A stretch of DNA of 64,000 bases, taken from assembly GCF_003334765.1 (NCBI RefSeq), contig NZ_QOWT01000015.1; one strand, given 5' to 3'. Below the pieces are notes generated by a model, which had not been told where the DNA came from, did not search any database, and saw nothing but the letters and a program-made list of their open reading frames with translations. The position numbers and the translations under genes were made by a program. This document shows, piece after piece, positions 22,903 through 35,275 of the stretch; the stretch's first letter is position 1; the number at the start of each line of letters is the position of its first letter. Source of the stretch: Escherichia coli. GTDB lineage: Bacteria > Pseudomonadota > Gammaproteobacteria > Enterobacterales > Enterobacteriaceae.

Positions 22903-22990
22903 CGTAGGCCTGATAAGACGCGTCAGCGTCGCATCAGGCAAATGTGCCGGCCATTGTCGGATGCGGCGCGACCGCCTTATTCGACCTACA
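22903..22990. repeat. REP / BIME palindromic element pair
   Basis: AGGCCTGATAAGACGCGTCAGCGTCGCATCAGGC and CGGATGCGGCGCGACCGCCTTATTCGACCTAC match the E. coli REP consensus family. Confidence 0.75.
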
Positions 22991-23555
22991 CGACACACAT
23001 TTCCCTGCCAAATTTGCGCCCCATATCTCACTATCCATTAACGGATTTGTGACAGAAACCATTGTCTTTTTTTATATTTGCTTAAATCTTTTTTTGCGTT
23101 ACTTATGGCTGGCCCTGGCATTTTCCGCTGTGCGTTTTAGCGTTCATGGTATTAATCGCTCAGATATCCACCTTTTCCTCAGATTTTTTTCATTAAATGC
23201 ATAAAACTTAATCACCAAATGTTGCTAAATATTAAGCTGATTGTTCTGGTCATGTTGGAGTAGCACAAATTTCTCTGCTGCAAATAGCTGTTTGAAGTTT
23301 TTTTAATCTTTGTTTGTGGATTCTCACCGTTGGTGTAAATCCCGGTTGGCTGTATTGACGTTTTCACATTCTGTTGACAGATTGTAGGTCACGAGGGGCA
23401 TTTTATGGAGGATCCGCACTGTTACACTGATGTTAATTAGTACGGCATCCCCACCTCATAACGTTGACCCGACCGGGCAAAAAACAAAAAAGGTCAGGCA
23501 GCGACAACCCACTGCAAAGGGTTAAAACAACAAACATCACAATTGGAGCAGAATA

Positions 23556-25163
23556 ATGCGTATTTCCTTGAAAAAGTCAGGGATGCTGAAGCTTGGTCTC
23601 AGCCTGGTGGCTATGACCGTCGCAGCAAGTGTTCAGGCTAAAACTCTGGTTTATTGCTCAGAAGGATCTCCGGAAGGGTTTAACCCGCAGCTGTTTACCT
23701 CCGGCACCACCTATGACGCCTCTTCCGTCCCGCTTTATAACCGTCTGGTTGAATTTAAAATCGGCACCACCGAAGTGATCCCGGGCCTCGCTGAAAAGTG
23801 GGAAGTCAGCGAAGACGGTAAAACCTATACCTTCCATCTGCGTAAAGGTGTGAAGTGGCACGACAATAAAGAATTCAAACCGACGCGTGAACTGAACGCC
23901 GATGATGTGGTGTTCTCGTTCGATCGTCAGAAAAACGCGCAAAACCCGTACCATAAAGTTTCTGGCGGCAGCTACGAATACTTCGAAGGCATGGGCTTGC
24001 CAGAGCTGATCAGTGAAGTGAAAAAGGTGGACGACAACACCGTTCAGTTTGTGCTGACTCGCCCGGAAGCGCCGTTCCTCGCTGACCTGGCAATGGACTT
24101 CGCCTCTATTCTGTCAAAAGAATATGCTGATGCGATGATGAAAGCCGGTACACCGGAAAAACTGGACCTCAACCCAATCGGAACCGGTCCGTTCCAGTTA
24201 CAGCAGTATCAAAAAGATTCCCGTATCCGCTACAAAGCGTTTGATGGCTACTGGGGCACCAAACCGCAGATCGATACGCTGGTTTTCTCTATTACCCCTG
24301 ACGCTTCCGTGCGTTACGCGAAATTGCAGAAGAATGAATGCCAGGTGATGCCGTACCCGAACCCGGCAGATATCGCTCGCATGAAGCAGGATAAATCCAT
24401 CAATCTGATGGAAATGCCGGGGCTGAACGTCGGTTATCTCTCGTATAACGTGCAGAAAAAACCACTCGATGACGTGAAAGTTCGCCAGGCTCTGACCTAC
24501 GCGGTGAACAAAGACGCGATCATCAAAGCGGTTTATCAGGGCGCGGGCGTATCAGCGAAAAACCTGATCCCGCCAACCATGTGGGGCTATAACGACGACG
24601 TTCAGGACTACACCTACGATCCTGAAAAAGCGAAAGCCTTGCTGAAAGAAGCGGGTCTGGAAAAAGGTTTCTCCATCGACCTGTGGGCGATGCCGGTACA
24701 ACGTCCGTATAACCCGAACGCTCGCCGCATGGCGGAGATGATTCAGGCAGACTGGGCGAAAGTCGGCGTGCAGGCCAAAATTGTCACCTACGAATGGGGT
24801 GAGTACCTCAAGCGTGCGAAAGATGGCGAGCACCAGACGGTAATGATGGGCTGGACTGGCGATAACGGGGATCCGGATAACTTCTTCGCCACCCTGTTCA
24901 GCTGCGCCGCCTCTGAACAAGGCTCCAACTACTCAAAATGGTGCTACAAACCGTTTGAAGATCTGATTCAACCGGCGCGTGCTACCGACGACCACAATAA
25001 ACGCGTTGAACTGTACAAACAAGCGCAGGTGGTGATGCACGATCAGGCTCCGGCACTGATCATCGCTCACTCCACCGTGTTTGAACCGGTACGTAAAGAA
25101 GTTAAAGGCTATGTGGTTGATCCATTAGGCAAACATCACTTCGAAAACGTCTCTATCGAATAA
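23556..25163 (+). CDS. dppA: Dipeptide ABC transporter periplasmic binding protein (535 aa)
   Basis: ORF track; MRISLKKSGMLKLGLSLVAMTVAASVQAKTLVYCSEGSPEGFNPQLF... is canonical DppA; long untranslated leader upstream. Confidence 0.97.
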   Translation: MRISLKKSGMLKLGLSLVAMTVAASVQAKTLVYCSEGSPEGFNPQLFTSGTTYDASSVPLYNRLVEFKIGTTEVIPGLAEKWEVSEDGKTYTFHLRKGVKWHDNKEFKPTRELNADDVVFSFDRQKNAQNPYHKVSGGSYEYFEGMGLPELISEVKKVDDNTVQFVLTRPEAPFLADLAMDFASILSKEYADAMMKAGTPEKLDLNPIGTGPFQLQQYQKDSRIRYKAFDGYWGTKPQIDTLVFSITPDASVRYAKLQKNECQVMPYPNPADIARMKQDKSINLMEMPGLNVGYLSYNVQKKPLDDVKVRQALTYAVNKDAIIKAVYQGAGVSAKNLIPPTMWGYNDDVQDYTYDPEKAKALLKEAGLEKGFSIDLWAMPVQRPYNPNARRMAEMIQADWAKVGVQAKIVTYEWGEYLKRAKDGEHQTVMMGWTGDNGDPDNFFATLFSCAASEQGSNYSKWCYKPFEDLIQPARATDDHNKRVELYKQAQVVMHDQAPALIIAHSTVFEPVRKEVKGYVVDPLGKHHFENVSIE

Positions 25164-25200
25164 TTAAAAGCCATACAAGACTGATGGCAAAGGCAAAAAT

Positions 25201-25300
25201 GCCTGATGCGCTCCGCTTATCAGGCCTACGAAAATTCTGCAATGTATTGAATTTGCACGATTTTGTAGGCCGGATAAGGCGTTAACGCCGCATCCGGCAT
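25201..25300. repeat. REP / BIME element in the dppA-dppB intergenic region
   Basis: GCCTGATGCGCTCCGCTTATCAGGCCTAC ... GTAGGCCGGATAAGGCGTTAACGCCGCATCCGGC: inverted REP pair. Confidence 0.8.
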
Positions 25301-25470
25301 AAACAAAGCGCACTTTGTCAACAATCTGTATACCCGGTGGCGCTGTGCCTCTGCGTGCAGCGCCATCCGGCAGCAATACTTCATTCCCTGTCCGATAAGG
25401 GCGGGAATTGATTTGTGAGCAATACAGACACGCAGTTCCAGGCTGCGGGTCACTATAGAGAATCCGGGTT

Positions 25471-26490
25471 ATGTTGCAGTTTATTCTCCGACGTTTGGGA
25501 CTCGTCATCCCCACGTTTATCGGTATTACCCTTCTCACATTTGCCTTTGTCCACATGATCCCGGGCGATCCGGTGATGATCATGGCGGGCGAACGTGGGA
25601 TCTCCCCAGAGCGTCACGCGCAGCTGCTGGCTGAACTCGGCTTAGATAAACCGATGTGGCAGCAGTATCTCCATTACATTTGGGGCGTTATGCATGGCGA
25701 TCTAGGCATTTCAATGAAAAGCCGCATCCCGGTTTGGGAAGAGTTCGTGCCGCGCTTCCAGGCCACGCTGGAACTTGGCGTCTGCGCGATGATTTTTGCT
25801 ACGGCAGTCGGTATTCCGGTCGGCGTGCTGGCTGCGGTTAAACGCGGTTCCATTTTCGATCACACAGCGGTTGGCCTGGCGCTGACAGGTTATTCAATGC
25901 CTATCTTCTGGTGGGGCATGATGCTGATCATGCTGGTTTCGGTGCACTGGAACCTGACGCCCGTCTCCGGTCGCGTGAGCGATATGGTGTTCCTCGATGA
26001 CTCCAATCCGTTAACCGGTTTTATGCTAATCGACACCGCCATCTGGGGTGAAGACGGCAACTTTATCGATGCCGTCGCCCATATGATCTTGCCTGCCATT
26101 GTGCTGGGTACTATTCCGCTGGCGGTCATTGTGCGTATGACACGCTCCTCGATGCTGGAAGTGCTGGGCGAGGATTACATCCGCACCGCGCGCGCCAAAG
26201 GGCTAACCCGCATGCGGGTGATTATCGTCCATGCGCTGCGTAACGCGATGCTGCCGGTGGTGACCGTTATCGGCCTGCAGGTGGGAACATTGCTGGCGGG
26301 GGCGATTCTGACCGAAACCATCTTCTCGTGGCCCGGTCTGGGACGCTGGTTGATTGACGCACTGCAACGCCGCGACTATCCGGTAGTGCAGGGCGGCGTA
26401 TTGCTGGTGGCGACGATGATTATCCTCGTCAACTTGCTGGTCGATCTGCTGTACGGCGTGGTGAACCCGCGTATTCGTCATAAGAAGTAA
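25471..26490 (+). CDS. dppB: Dipeptide ABC transporter permease (339 aa)
   Basis: ORF track; MLQFILRRLGLVIPTFIGITLLTFAFVHMIPGDP...; ABC permease signature region present. Confidence 0.96.
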   Translation: MLQFILRRLGLVIPTFIGITLLTFAFVHMIPGDPVMIMAGERGISPERHAQLLAELGLDKPMWQQYLHYIWGVMHGDLGISMKSRIPVWEEFVPRFQATLELGVCAMIFATAVGIPVGVLAAVKRGSIFDHTAVGLALTGYSMPIFWWGMMLIMLVSVHWNLTPVSGRVSDMVFLDDSNPLTGFMLIDTAIWGEDGNFIDAVAHMILPAIVLGTIPLAVIVRMTRSSMLEVLGEDYIRTARAKGLTRMRVIIVHALRNAMLPVVTVIGLQVGTLLAGAILTETIFSWPGLGRWLIDALQRRDYPVVQGGVLLVATMIILVNLLVDLLYGVVNPRIRHKK

Positions 26491-26499
26491 GGGGACATC

Positions 26500-27402
26500 A
26501 TGTCACAGGTTACTGAAAATAAAGTGATTAGCGCACCGGTGCCGATGACCCCGTTACAGGAGTTCTGGCACTATTTTAAACGCAACAAAGGCGCGGTCGT
26601 CGGGCTGGTTTACGTCGTCATCGTGCTGTTCATCGCGATCTTTGCCAACTGGATTGCACCCTATAACCCGGCGGAACAGTTCCGCGATGCACTGCTCGCC
26701 CCGCCAGCCTGGCAGGAAGGCGGCAGCATGGCGCACTTGCTGGGCACCGATGACGTAGGCCGTGATGTGCTGTCGCGCCTGATGTACGGTGCGCGCCTGT
26801 CGCTGCTGGTTGGCTGTCTGGTAGTTGTGTTATCGCTGATTATGGGCGTTATTCTCGGCCTGATCGCCGGTTACTTTGGCGGCCTGGTCGATAACATCAT
26901 TATGCGCGTGGTCGATATCATGCTGGCGCTGCCAAGTCTGCTGCTGGCGCTGGTGCTGGTGGCAATTTTCGGCCCGTCGATTGGTAACGCCGCGCTGGCA
27001 CTGACCTTCGTTGCCTTGCCGCACTATGTGCGCTTAACCCGCGCCGCCGTGCTGGTGGAAGTTAACCGCGATTACGTCACCGCGTCTCGCGTGGCGGGTG
27101 CCGGGGCGATGCGTCAGATGTTTATTAACATCTTCCCGAACTGCCTTGCGCCGCTGATTGTTCAGGCGTCGCTCGGTTTCTCTAACGCCATTCTCGATAT
27201 GGCTGCTCTTGGTTTCCTCGGCATGGGGGCACAGCCGCCAACGCCTGAGTGGGGCACCATGCTCTCCGACGTGTTGCAGTTCGCGCAAAGCGCCTGGTGG
27301 GTCGTGACCTTCCCGGGTCTGGCGATCCTGCTGACGGTGCTGGCATTTAACCTGATGGGTGACGGTCTGCGTGACGCGCTCGATCCCAAACTGAAGCAGT
27401 AA
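26500..27402 (+). CDS. dppC: Dipeptide ABC transporter permease (300 aa)
   Basis: ORF track; second permease of the operon, begins 9 bp after dppB. Confidence 0.96.
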
Positions 27403-27412
27403 GAGGTTCGAG

Positions 27413-28396
27413 ATGGCGTTATTAAATGTAGATAAATTATCGGTGCATTTCGGCGACGAAAGCGCGCCGTTCCGCGCCGTAGACCGCATCAGCTACAGCG
27501 TAAAACAGGGCGAAGTGGTCGGGATTGTGGGTGAGTCCGGCTCCGGTAAGTCGGTCAGTTCACTGGCGATTATGGGGCTGATTGATTATCCGGGCCGCGT
27601 AATGGCAGAAAAACTGGAGTTTAACGGCCAGGATTTGCAGCGTATCTCAGAAAAAGAGCGCCGCAACCTGGTGGGTGCCGAAGTGGCGATGATCTTCCAG
27701 GACCCGATGACCAGCCTTAACCCGTGCTACACCGTGGGTTTCCAGATTATGGAAGCGATTAAGGTGCATCAGGGCGGCAACAAAAGTACCCGCCGTCAGC
27801 GAGCGATTGACCTGCTGAATCAGGTCGGTATTCCCGATCCGGCATCGCGTCTGGATGTTTACCCGCATCAGCTTTCCGGCGGCATGAGCCAGCGCGTGAT
27901 GATCGCCATGGCGATTGCCTGTCGGCCAAAACTGCTGATTGCCGATGAACCGACCACCGCGCTGGACGTGACCATTCAGGCGCAAATCATCGAACTACTG
28001 CTGGAGCTACAGCAGAAAGAGAACATGGCGCTGGTGTTAATTACCCATGACCTGGCGCTGGTGGCGGAAGCGGCACATAAAATCATCGTGATGTATGCAG
28101 GCCAGGTGGTGGAAACCGGTGATGCGCACGCCATCTTCCATGCGCCGCGTCACCCGTATACTCAGGCATTGCTGCGTGCGCTGCCAGAATTTGCTCAGGA
28201 CAAAGAACGTCTGGCGTCGTTGCCAGGTGTCGTTCCCGGCAAGTACGACCGCCCGAACGGCTGCCTGCTTAACCCGCGCTGCCCCTATGCCACTGACAGA
28301 TGTCGCGCTGAAGAACCGGCGCTGAATATGCTCGCTGACGGGCGTCAGTCCAAATGCCATTACCCACTTGATGATGCCGGGAGGCCGACACTATGA
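27413..28396 (+). CDS. dppD: Dipeptide ABC transporter ATP-binding protein (327 aa)
   Basis: ORF track; Walker A GESGSGKS, signature LSGGMSQR, Walker [13 protein letters not shown]. Confidence 0.96.
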
Positions 28397-29397
28397 GTAC
28401 GCAAGAGGCCACCCTGCAACAACCGCTGTTGCAGGCTATCGACCTGAAAAAACATTATCCGGTGAAGAAAGGCATGTTCGCGCCGGAACGTCTGGTTAAA
28501 GCGCTGGATGGCGTTTCGTTTAACCTTGAACGTGGCAAAACGCTGGCAGTAGTGGGCGAATCTGGCTGCGGTAAATCGACCCTCGGTCGGTTGCTGACGA
28601 TGATTGAAATGCCCACCGGTGGCGAGCTGTATTACCAGGGGCAGGATCTGCTTAAGCACGATCCGCAGGCGCAGAAGCTGCGTCGGCAGAAAATCCAGAT
28701 CGTCTTCCAGAACCCTTACGGTTCGCTGAATCCGCGTAAAAAAGTCGGGCAAATTCTTGAAGAGCCGCTGCTGATCAACACCAGCTTAAGCAAAGAACAG
28801 CGTCGGGAAAAAGCCCTGTCGATGATGGCGAAAGTCGGCCTGAAAACCGAGCACTATGACCGCTATCCGCATATGTTCTCCGGCGGTCAGCGTCAGCGTA
28901 TCGCCATCGCCCGTGGTCTGATGCTCGACCCGGATGTGGTGATTGCCGATGAACCGGTTTCCGCGCTGGATGTTTCAGTGCGCGCGCAGGTGCTGAATCT
29001 GATGATGGATTTGCAGCAGGAGTTGGGGCTGTCTTATGTCTTTATCTCCCACGACCTGTCGGTGGTGGAGCACATTGCTGATGAAGTGATGGTGATGTAC
29101 CTGGGCCGCTGCGTGGAGAAGGGAACGAAAGACCAAATCTTCAATAACCCGCGCCATCCGTACACTCAGGCGCTACTTTCCGCGACGCCGCGCCTGAACC
29201 CGGACGATCGCCGCGAGCGCATCAAGCTCAGCGGTGAACTACCAAGCCCACTGAATCCACCGCCGGGTTGCGCCTTCAACGCCCGCTGTCGTCGGCGCTT
29301 CGGCCCCTGCACCCAGTTGCAGCCGCAGCTAAAAGACTACGGCGGTCAACTGGTAGCTTGTTTTGCTGTTGATCAGGATGAAAATCCGCAGCGTTAA
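28393..29397 (+). CDS. dppF: Dipeptide ABC transporter ATP-binding protein (334 aa)
   Basis: ORF track; Walker [10 protein letters not shown], signature FSGGQRQR; 4 bp ATGA overlap with the dppD stop. Confidence 0.96.
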
Positions 29398-29426
29398 CTC
29401 ACAAAACCGGGGCCATGCGCTCCGGT

Positions 29427-30698
29427 TTACTCAATCAGCTTCAACAGTGGCGACAAGCATAGCAAAATGCCGTACAGCAGAATCAGCCAGGCTTTAAATC
29501 CGCGAAGTTTTTCCAGTTGTGCGACTTTATAGATCAGGAAAAACGGAATGAGGCACGACACAATACCATATAACGGGCTTCCCAACTGAAAGAACACCAG
29601 CACCGATACACGAAACGAAACCCAAATCGTCAACGTAATGACGATAAAAGCGCAGATCGCTAGAGTCAGCACGCGTGAGTTAATTTTCTTGGTATCAATA
29701 ATTCGGCTTAACAGATTGAGAATAATGCCTTTAATGGCCTCGTGGAAACCGAGATAAATGCCAAAGAATGCGGTCAGTACGGCAAAGATATTAAGCACCG
29801 TAGAGGTGATATGAATGATATGCCCAGGGATCACCTGCGCGGCCAGCGCCAGTGCTGAGATATTTTGTTCAAAGGCAGAAACGGCTTCTTCGTGGCTAAT
29901 TGAGAAGGTAAACGAAAAGGCAAAAAACAGGATCACCGCGATGAGCGTGATATAACTAATTCGGTGGGTACGCAGCGCGAGCCGGGTTGCCAGTACTTTA
30001 TCCGCTTCCCGTTTACGATAGGCAATATTCATTGGGTTAAGTACCTGAATAAATACTGCAGAAAAGAAGCAAAATGGAATGGTAAGCAAGACATCGCGGA
30101 AAAAGACGGAGGCTTGCGGGAAGGCGGTTATATTGGCGAAATTCCAGTGCGGGATCATCGCAAAACCGAACACGACAATAATCCCTACTTTGACCACCAC
30201 CATTGGCCCGGAAATCTTAAACAGTAATCGTTCACCACCAGACGCAATCGCCACCAGTACGGCGAAAATAGCGACTTTATAAAGTAGAGATTGTGAAAGA
30301 TCGGCATCGGTTAAACCGAAGGTTTTCAGGTACGAGGCGCTGTCGAAAACCACGGAGAGAGAGTAGATAAAAATCCCGTGGATAATCATCAAAAAGTAGA
30401 TAACCCCGAGGAAAATTCCCCAGTTCTTCCCCAGGTAATGACTGATAATATCGGTGTAGTCATTACAGGAATCGCTTTCAGAAAGGGTTTTTAAATAAAT
30501 GTCCTGCACTACCCAGGTGGCAGGATAAGCAATGATCGCTGCGGTAATAAATACCCAAATTCCCTTCAAGCCAATTTGTACTGGCATCAGCACGGTTCCG
30601 GCACCAATCGCCATGCCTATGCATAATAAAACCCAGCCGAAGTCGTAGCGTGTAAACGGCAATTTCTGATTGTGTTTCGATAGTGTGTTGTGCTGCAT
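29427..30698 (-). CDS. yhjV: Amino-acid permease-family inner membrane transporter YhjV (423 aa)
   Basis: ORF track 29427..30761; start placed at [34 protein letters not shown]...; HAAAP/serine-threonine permease-like fold. Confidence 0.88.
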
Positions 30699-31057
30699 AA
30701 AGTCCTGTCCAGAAAGAAGTCGGCCTCGCAAAAATGAATAAACCCAGTTTCTCTTGCGCAACAGGTGGAGAAGTCGAATACGCAGTATGTAAAAAATGAG
30801 GCAACAGATTCACTGGGGAGGTCGCGAGGAGGCGCAATTCTACAAAATTGCGCATTTCACTACCAGTCTGGAGTCAGCCCGGATATGAACTGCAACTATT
30901 GCAAATAAAGAAATTAAGCTGGAAGGCATCGCGCAATGAGGAAGATTGCCGGGTGCTGACAGTAAAAAGCAATCGTAGAATCAGCGGCAAGCCGGAAAGG
31001 TTCCGGTGAGGCGCAATGTTGCGGGGGCTTTATCCCTGGTGGCATTGGTTGCTGGAG

Positions 31058-31125
31058 AGAGAAAACCCCCGCACGTTGCAGGTATGCACCTGACAACACC
31101 ACGGGGGCTAATCTTGACTCTAGAC
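31058..31125 (-). ncRNA. rdlD: Rdl-type antisense regulatory RNA opposite the ldrD leader (approximate boundaries)
   Basis: Reverse strand reads GTCTAGAGTCAAGATTAGCCCCCGTGGTGTTGTCAGGTGCATACCTGCAACGTGCGGGGGTTTTCTCTC: a GC-rich hairpin plus U-run terminator ending ~31058, about 50 nt upstream of the ldrD ATG, as expected for ldr/rdl loci. Confidence 0.45.
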
Positions 31126-31173
31126 CACTCAAGAATAGCCGCGAAACGTTGTCATTACAACACAGGCGGCTAT

Positions 31174-31281
31174 ATGACGTTCGCAGAGCTGGGCATGGCC
31201 TTCTGGCATGATTTAGCGGCTCCGGTCATTGCTGGCATTCTTGCCAGTATGATCGTGAACTGGCTGAACAAGCGGAAGTAA
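31174..31281 (+). CDS. ldrD: Type I toxin LdrD (35 aa)
   Basis: C-terminal 35 codons of ORF-track 31006..31281 read MTFAELGMAFWHDLAAPVIAGILASMIVNWLNKRK, the Ldr small hydrophobic toxin. Confidence 0.85.
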   Translation: MTFAELGMAFWHDLAAPVIAGILASMIVNWLNKRK

Positions 31282-31367
31282 CGTGTCATGCGGGCGTCAG
31301 GCTGCCGTAATGGCAATTTGCGCCCGGACCAGGCCGCAGGGGGGAAACTCTGCGGCCTTTTTCGTTC

Positions 31368-33047
31368 TTACTGCGGGTAAGGCACCCAGTCGCCGCCGTT
31401 CAGGCGAACGTACGGTTTATCCTGGTATTGAATAACTACTGCATTTGAGTTCTCGGAGACCGGTGCTGTTTGTGGCAACCCACTGGTGAGTTTTTTCCAG
31501 TCAACATTGTCTTCGGTGAAAATCTTGCCATCGAGAACGCGAACCACCAGATCGGAGATAGCCAGGAAGCTGCTCGGTTGTTCGATGACAATCGGTGCCC
31601 CCTGATGCGGTGCCTTCATGCCGAAGAATTTCACCCCAACGGGGACGTCGGTGATAGACGGGCTAGGGATATCACGTAGGCCAGATACCTGCATTCTGTC
31701 GCCCTTCAGCGCGCCGCCGTGTTCCGGCACCACGACCACCATCACTTTACGACCCGATTTCTCAAGTTCAGTAAAGAAGGCGTCCAGTTCATCAAAGAAT
31801 TTCTGCGCCCGCGCTTTGTAATCCGCTGTTTTGCTGACCCCCGGATAATGGTTGCCGTCATGCAGTGGAAGCGTGTTGTAGAACGTGGCACTACGGCTGT
31901 TTTTATCTTTTTCGGTAACGTCCAGCCAGCGGTTAAGCACAGCGGTATCGTCATAAACCGGCGAACCATCAAAGCCCAGCAAAATAACCGGCAGATTTGT
32001 TTGATCCATCAATTCGCTCTGCATGCCGCCATTTTCGCGAACTTCTTTCAAAAAACCGCCGAACTGGCCGTTATGTCCCATCATCAGGTGCTGGGTAAAG
32101 CCCAGTTTCGAAAGGTTATCAAACAGATAGCAGTCGTTATTTGCCGGTTGATACAGATTAGTGTGCGAAGTCTGCCCGCAGCTGGCGCGCAGTAAACGGA
32201 TCGCCGCCGGGCCACTGTAGGAGGTGGCGGAGTTAAAGTTCTTGAACTCAATATCGAAATGCGACCACAGTGGATGCGACATCAACCCGGCGGCTTCTAT
32301 ATCCGACCAGGAAAGCGAACAGATGTTAATCACCAGTAGTTCAAATGGCTGAGCATCAGCGGGCAGCGAAGACGGGAAGGTCGATTTACGTTTCGCCTCC
32401 GCGTTATAGAAATTATTCAGCCAGGCGTTAAGGTTCGCCGTTGTTGGCGGTGCAGTTTGTGCGGGCATATCACCCACTACCGGTGCGCCACCCGTCGCCG
32501 CAACGGTTGCCGCTGCGTTACCACCCGTCGTTGTTACAGTGGTCGTCGGTTGTCCGGCTGGCCACAAGGAGAAACTTGGTCCCGCCAGGGTAAGTACGTT
32601 CAGCCATAGCAGTATGGCAACCACAAAAACGGTAATGCGAATCCATTGTGACAGGAATAACCAGGCCACTAATAAAACAAAAATGGCCCCAATCATCTGC
32701 CAGTTAATAAAGCGTGTGACAAGGTCGATTAAATAATCGGTACTGAACCCCGCCACCTGCGAACCCTGGCTCATTATGCTTTCCGGGCCAGGCAACCAGG
32801 TGTCATGCCAGAACAAAGCAAAGCCGATCGGCAGGGCAATCCAGTGGCGCAAGCGATGCAGGCTGTAGCGCGGAAGGGGCATCAGCAGAAACGCGGCAAA
32901 CACCAAATTGAGGAGCGGATGGAAGTTAAGATATCCCGCCCACAACAGGCCGAACTTAACCAGAAAATAGAAGTTCCAGCCGGAAAGGCCGCGCCAGTAT
33001 TGCCAGAGGGAAGAAGGCATGGCGGTATTTTGCGTAAATTGAGTCAT
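31368..33047 (-). CDS. bcsG: Cellulose biosynthesis protein BcsG, phosphoethanolamine transferase (559 aa)
   Basis: ORF track; N-terminal TM region plus C-terminal alkaline-phosphatase-like domain; last gene of bcsEFG. Confidence 0.93.
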
Positions 33048-33235
33048 TTTTTGGTTGCCCTGGCTTTTTCCGTGCGGCGTAACGTCCCGGCCGGTTTAAC
33101 ATAACGAGGTTTAGCAAAGAACAAACGTAAGGTGTCGCGAATGCGTCGCAAAGAGTGCCGCGCCAGATAGCCCAGCGGGAAAAATATCAGTGCGCAAACG
33201 ACAATAATTTCAATGATATCGCTGATGGTCATCAT
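33044..33235 (-). CDS. bcsF: Cellulose biosynthesis small membrane protein BcsF (63 aa)
   Basis: ORF track; [36 protein letters not shown]...; 4 bp overlaps with both bcsE and bcsG. Confidence 0.9.
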
Positions 33236-34803
33236 GATGAGCGCTCCACAGCATCATCTAACAGTCGCATGGGTTCTGGTATTCGTCGCCAGTGGCGACC
33301 ATCGTGCTCGGCATTGATGACCGGTTTAGAACTTTGCGTTAAAGGCAGCGGCATGCCCCATTGTTCTGGGGCAAGCAAGCGCATCTGCACCAGCTCGGCA
33401 CTGATTTGATCATCTTCAAACCAGACCATACGGTTTGAGAAAATGTCGCCAGTAGGCAATGGGAAAATATGATTCAACGCGGTATCCAGATCGTTAATCC
33501 GACAGAATGAGAGAAACAGCACCAGCCGATTACCGCCAATGGTCATGATATCGCCGGTACGGTTAGGGCGACACAGCGTCAGGGCTTGTTCAACGCGGAT
33601 ACCCGGTACCGGACGTAGGGCAACCAGAACGCCTTTACCGTGGGCAGGTAATAGAGGGTTATTCATCATGTTGTTGACGGCATTACAGAACACATCCCAC
33701 TTCTGGAAACCACGCAGTTTGAGCGGCTGGGTCATTGACAGCAAGGTAGTGATATCTTCCGGCACATAGCGACTAAACTTCTGCCCTTGCACGCTTTCGA
33801 TCATCGTCAGACAACGGGAGAGTGGCGCATTCCACGGAATAACCATATTTGCACCGCAGGCCAATAACAAACGTTCATCGGTGGCGCGCAGGCTAGCGGT
33901 ATTTTCCCGCACGAGGATTTTCATCGCACTACCGCGCTGGCGACGCAGGGTATGAATGCTGCGGGCCAGTGGCTCGATTTGCGCATTTTGCTGTAAAGAA
34001 AAGACCACCGTCGCCGCCTGAGCGGTACGGGCTTCATTGAACAGGACTTCGTTATTGTTGAACAGTTGCCAGTGTTCCGATAGCGGCGGCGCACCTTCCA
34101 GTACAGCAACATTACTCAGAATGCGTTTTTCGTCGCTGCGTGGTTGGATCTCCGCCTCTTCGCTTTGAACTAATGTCCAGATACCATTTTGTTGCTGAAC
34201 GCTAAGCTGCTGACGGGCGCTGACCCCTTTTTCGTTGCACCAGAAGGCAATATCCAGCAAATGTTGGTCACCCTGAAAACGCAAACTGGCAAGACCAAAA
34301 AGTGAACGGTATTCCTCAAGCAACAATGAAAATTGTTTATCGTTATTATTTCCGGGATTAATTACCAAAAGCGAACAATGGTTTAACCTGCTCCATTTAT
34401 TCATTTTATCCAACCATGAGCGAAGCCGCTCGGCAGGAATGTTTTGCCATGCGTTATTTGCGCAAACAAGAATAAAAAGGTAATTATGGGGATCAATAGA
34501 ACACTGCAAATCACGGGTCAAATAGTATAGACCTTTTTCATGATTTAGCATTGAAAATAATTTTATTTTTTCCGGCCCTTGAGAATCATCTAATTGAAAG
34601 ATTTTCGCCGGATCGCTGTCCATGCTAATGACCGCGACGTGTGCGGTTTCAGCCTGGGATGCAATTGTTTGATTCGCCAGACTGATAGCATCTTCATGGC
34701 GATCGACGTTAAACCACCAGACGCCGCCTGCTGGCATATGTCGCAGCTCATCCCATAATGATGAGATACCGATAGAGAATACAGGGTCCACAATGTCCCT
34801 CAT
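33232..34803 (-). CDS. bcsE: Cellulose biosynthesis c-di-GMP-binding protein BcsE (523 aa)
   Basis: ORF track; [35 protein letters not shown]...; first gene of the divergent bcsEFG operon. Confidence 0.93.
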
Positions 34804-35075
34804 GTCACCATTTTGTCTGATTATCAGTTTACTAGCGAAAGCTAAGAAATAAACCTACCATTGAAATTAAAACTTATCAGATTTAGCATGTGAATCAATT
34901 TAGAAGGTCACAAGACGTGTGATTTTAGTCTTTTCGTTTTTAACTTTTTCTGTTGCGTAACGGAAAGTCAAAAAGTGAGCAAATTCCCGTCTCGCCGTAA
35001 ACAATAAACCGGCGAAATGCTCACGGTTAGAATTGTCTCATGAACGGTACGGTTATTTCATAGGGATCAAGCAAA

Positions 35076-35264
35076 ATGAATAACAATGAACCAGATACTC
35101 TGCCTGATCCCGCGATAGGCTATATCTTCCAGAATGATATTGTGGCGTTAAAGCAGGCATTTTCACTGCCTGATATTGATTATGCCGATATTTCCCAACG
35201 CGAACAGTTGGCCGCGGCATTAAAACGCTGGCCGTTGCTGGCAGAGTTTGCGCAACAAAAGTAG
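35076..35264 (+). CDS. bcsR: Cellulose biosynthesis protein BcsR (YhjR), 62 aa
   Basis: ORF track; MNNNEPDTLPDPAIGYIFQNDIVALKQAFSLPDIDYADISQREQLAAALKRWPLLAEFAQQK. Confidence 0.9.
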   Translation: MNNNEPDTLPDPAIGYIFQNDIVALKQAFSLPDIDYADISQREQLAAALKRWPLLAEFAQQK

Positions 35265-35275
35265 GGGATTGGTGA

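Noticed and set aside
25164-25583. 139 aa minus-strand ORF across the dppA-dppB intergenic REP region
   Set aside because: Spans REP palindromes and the dppB 5' end; composition looks non-coding.
30478-31132. Minus-strand ORFs of 72-125 aa upstream of yhjV and across the rdlD region
   Set aside because: They overlap the yhjV start and the ldrD/rdlD leader; better explained as non-coding leader and antisense RNA sequence.
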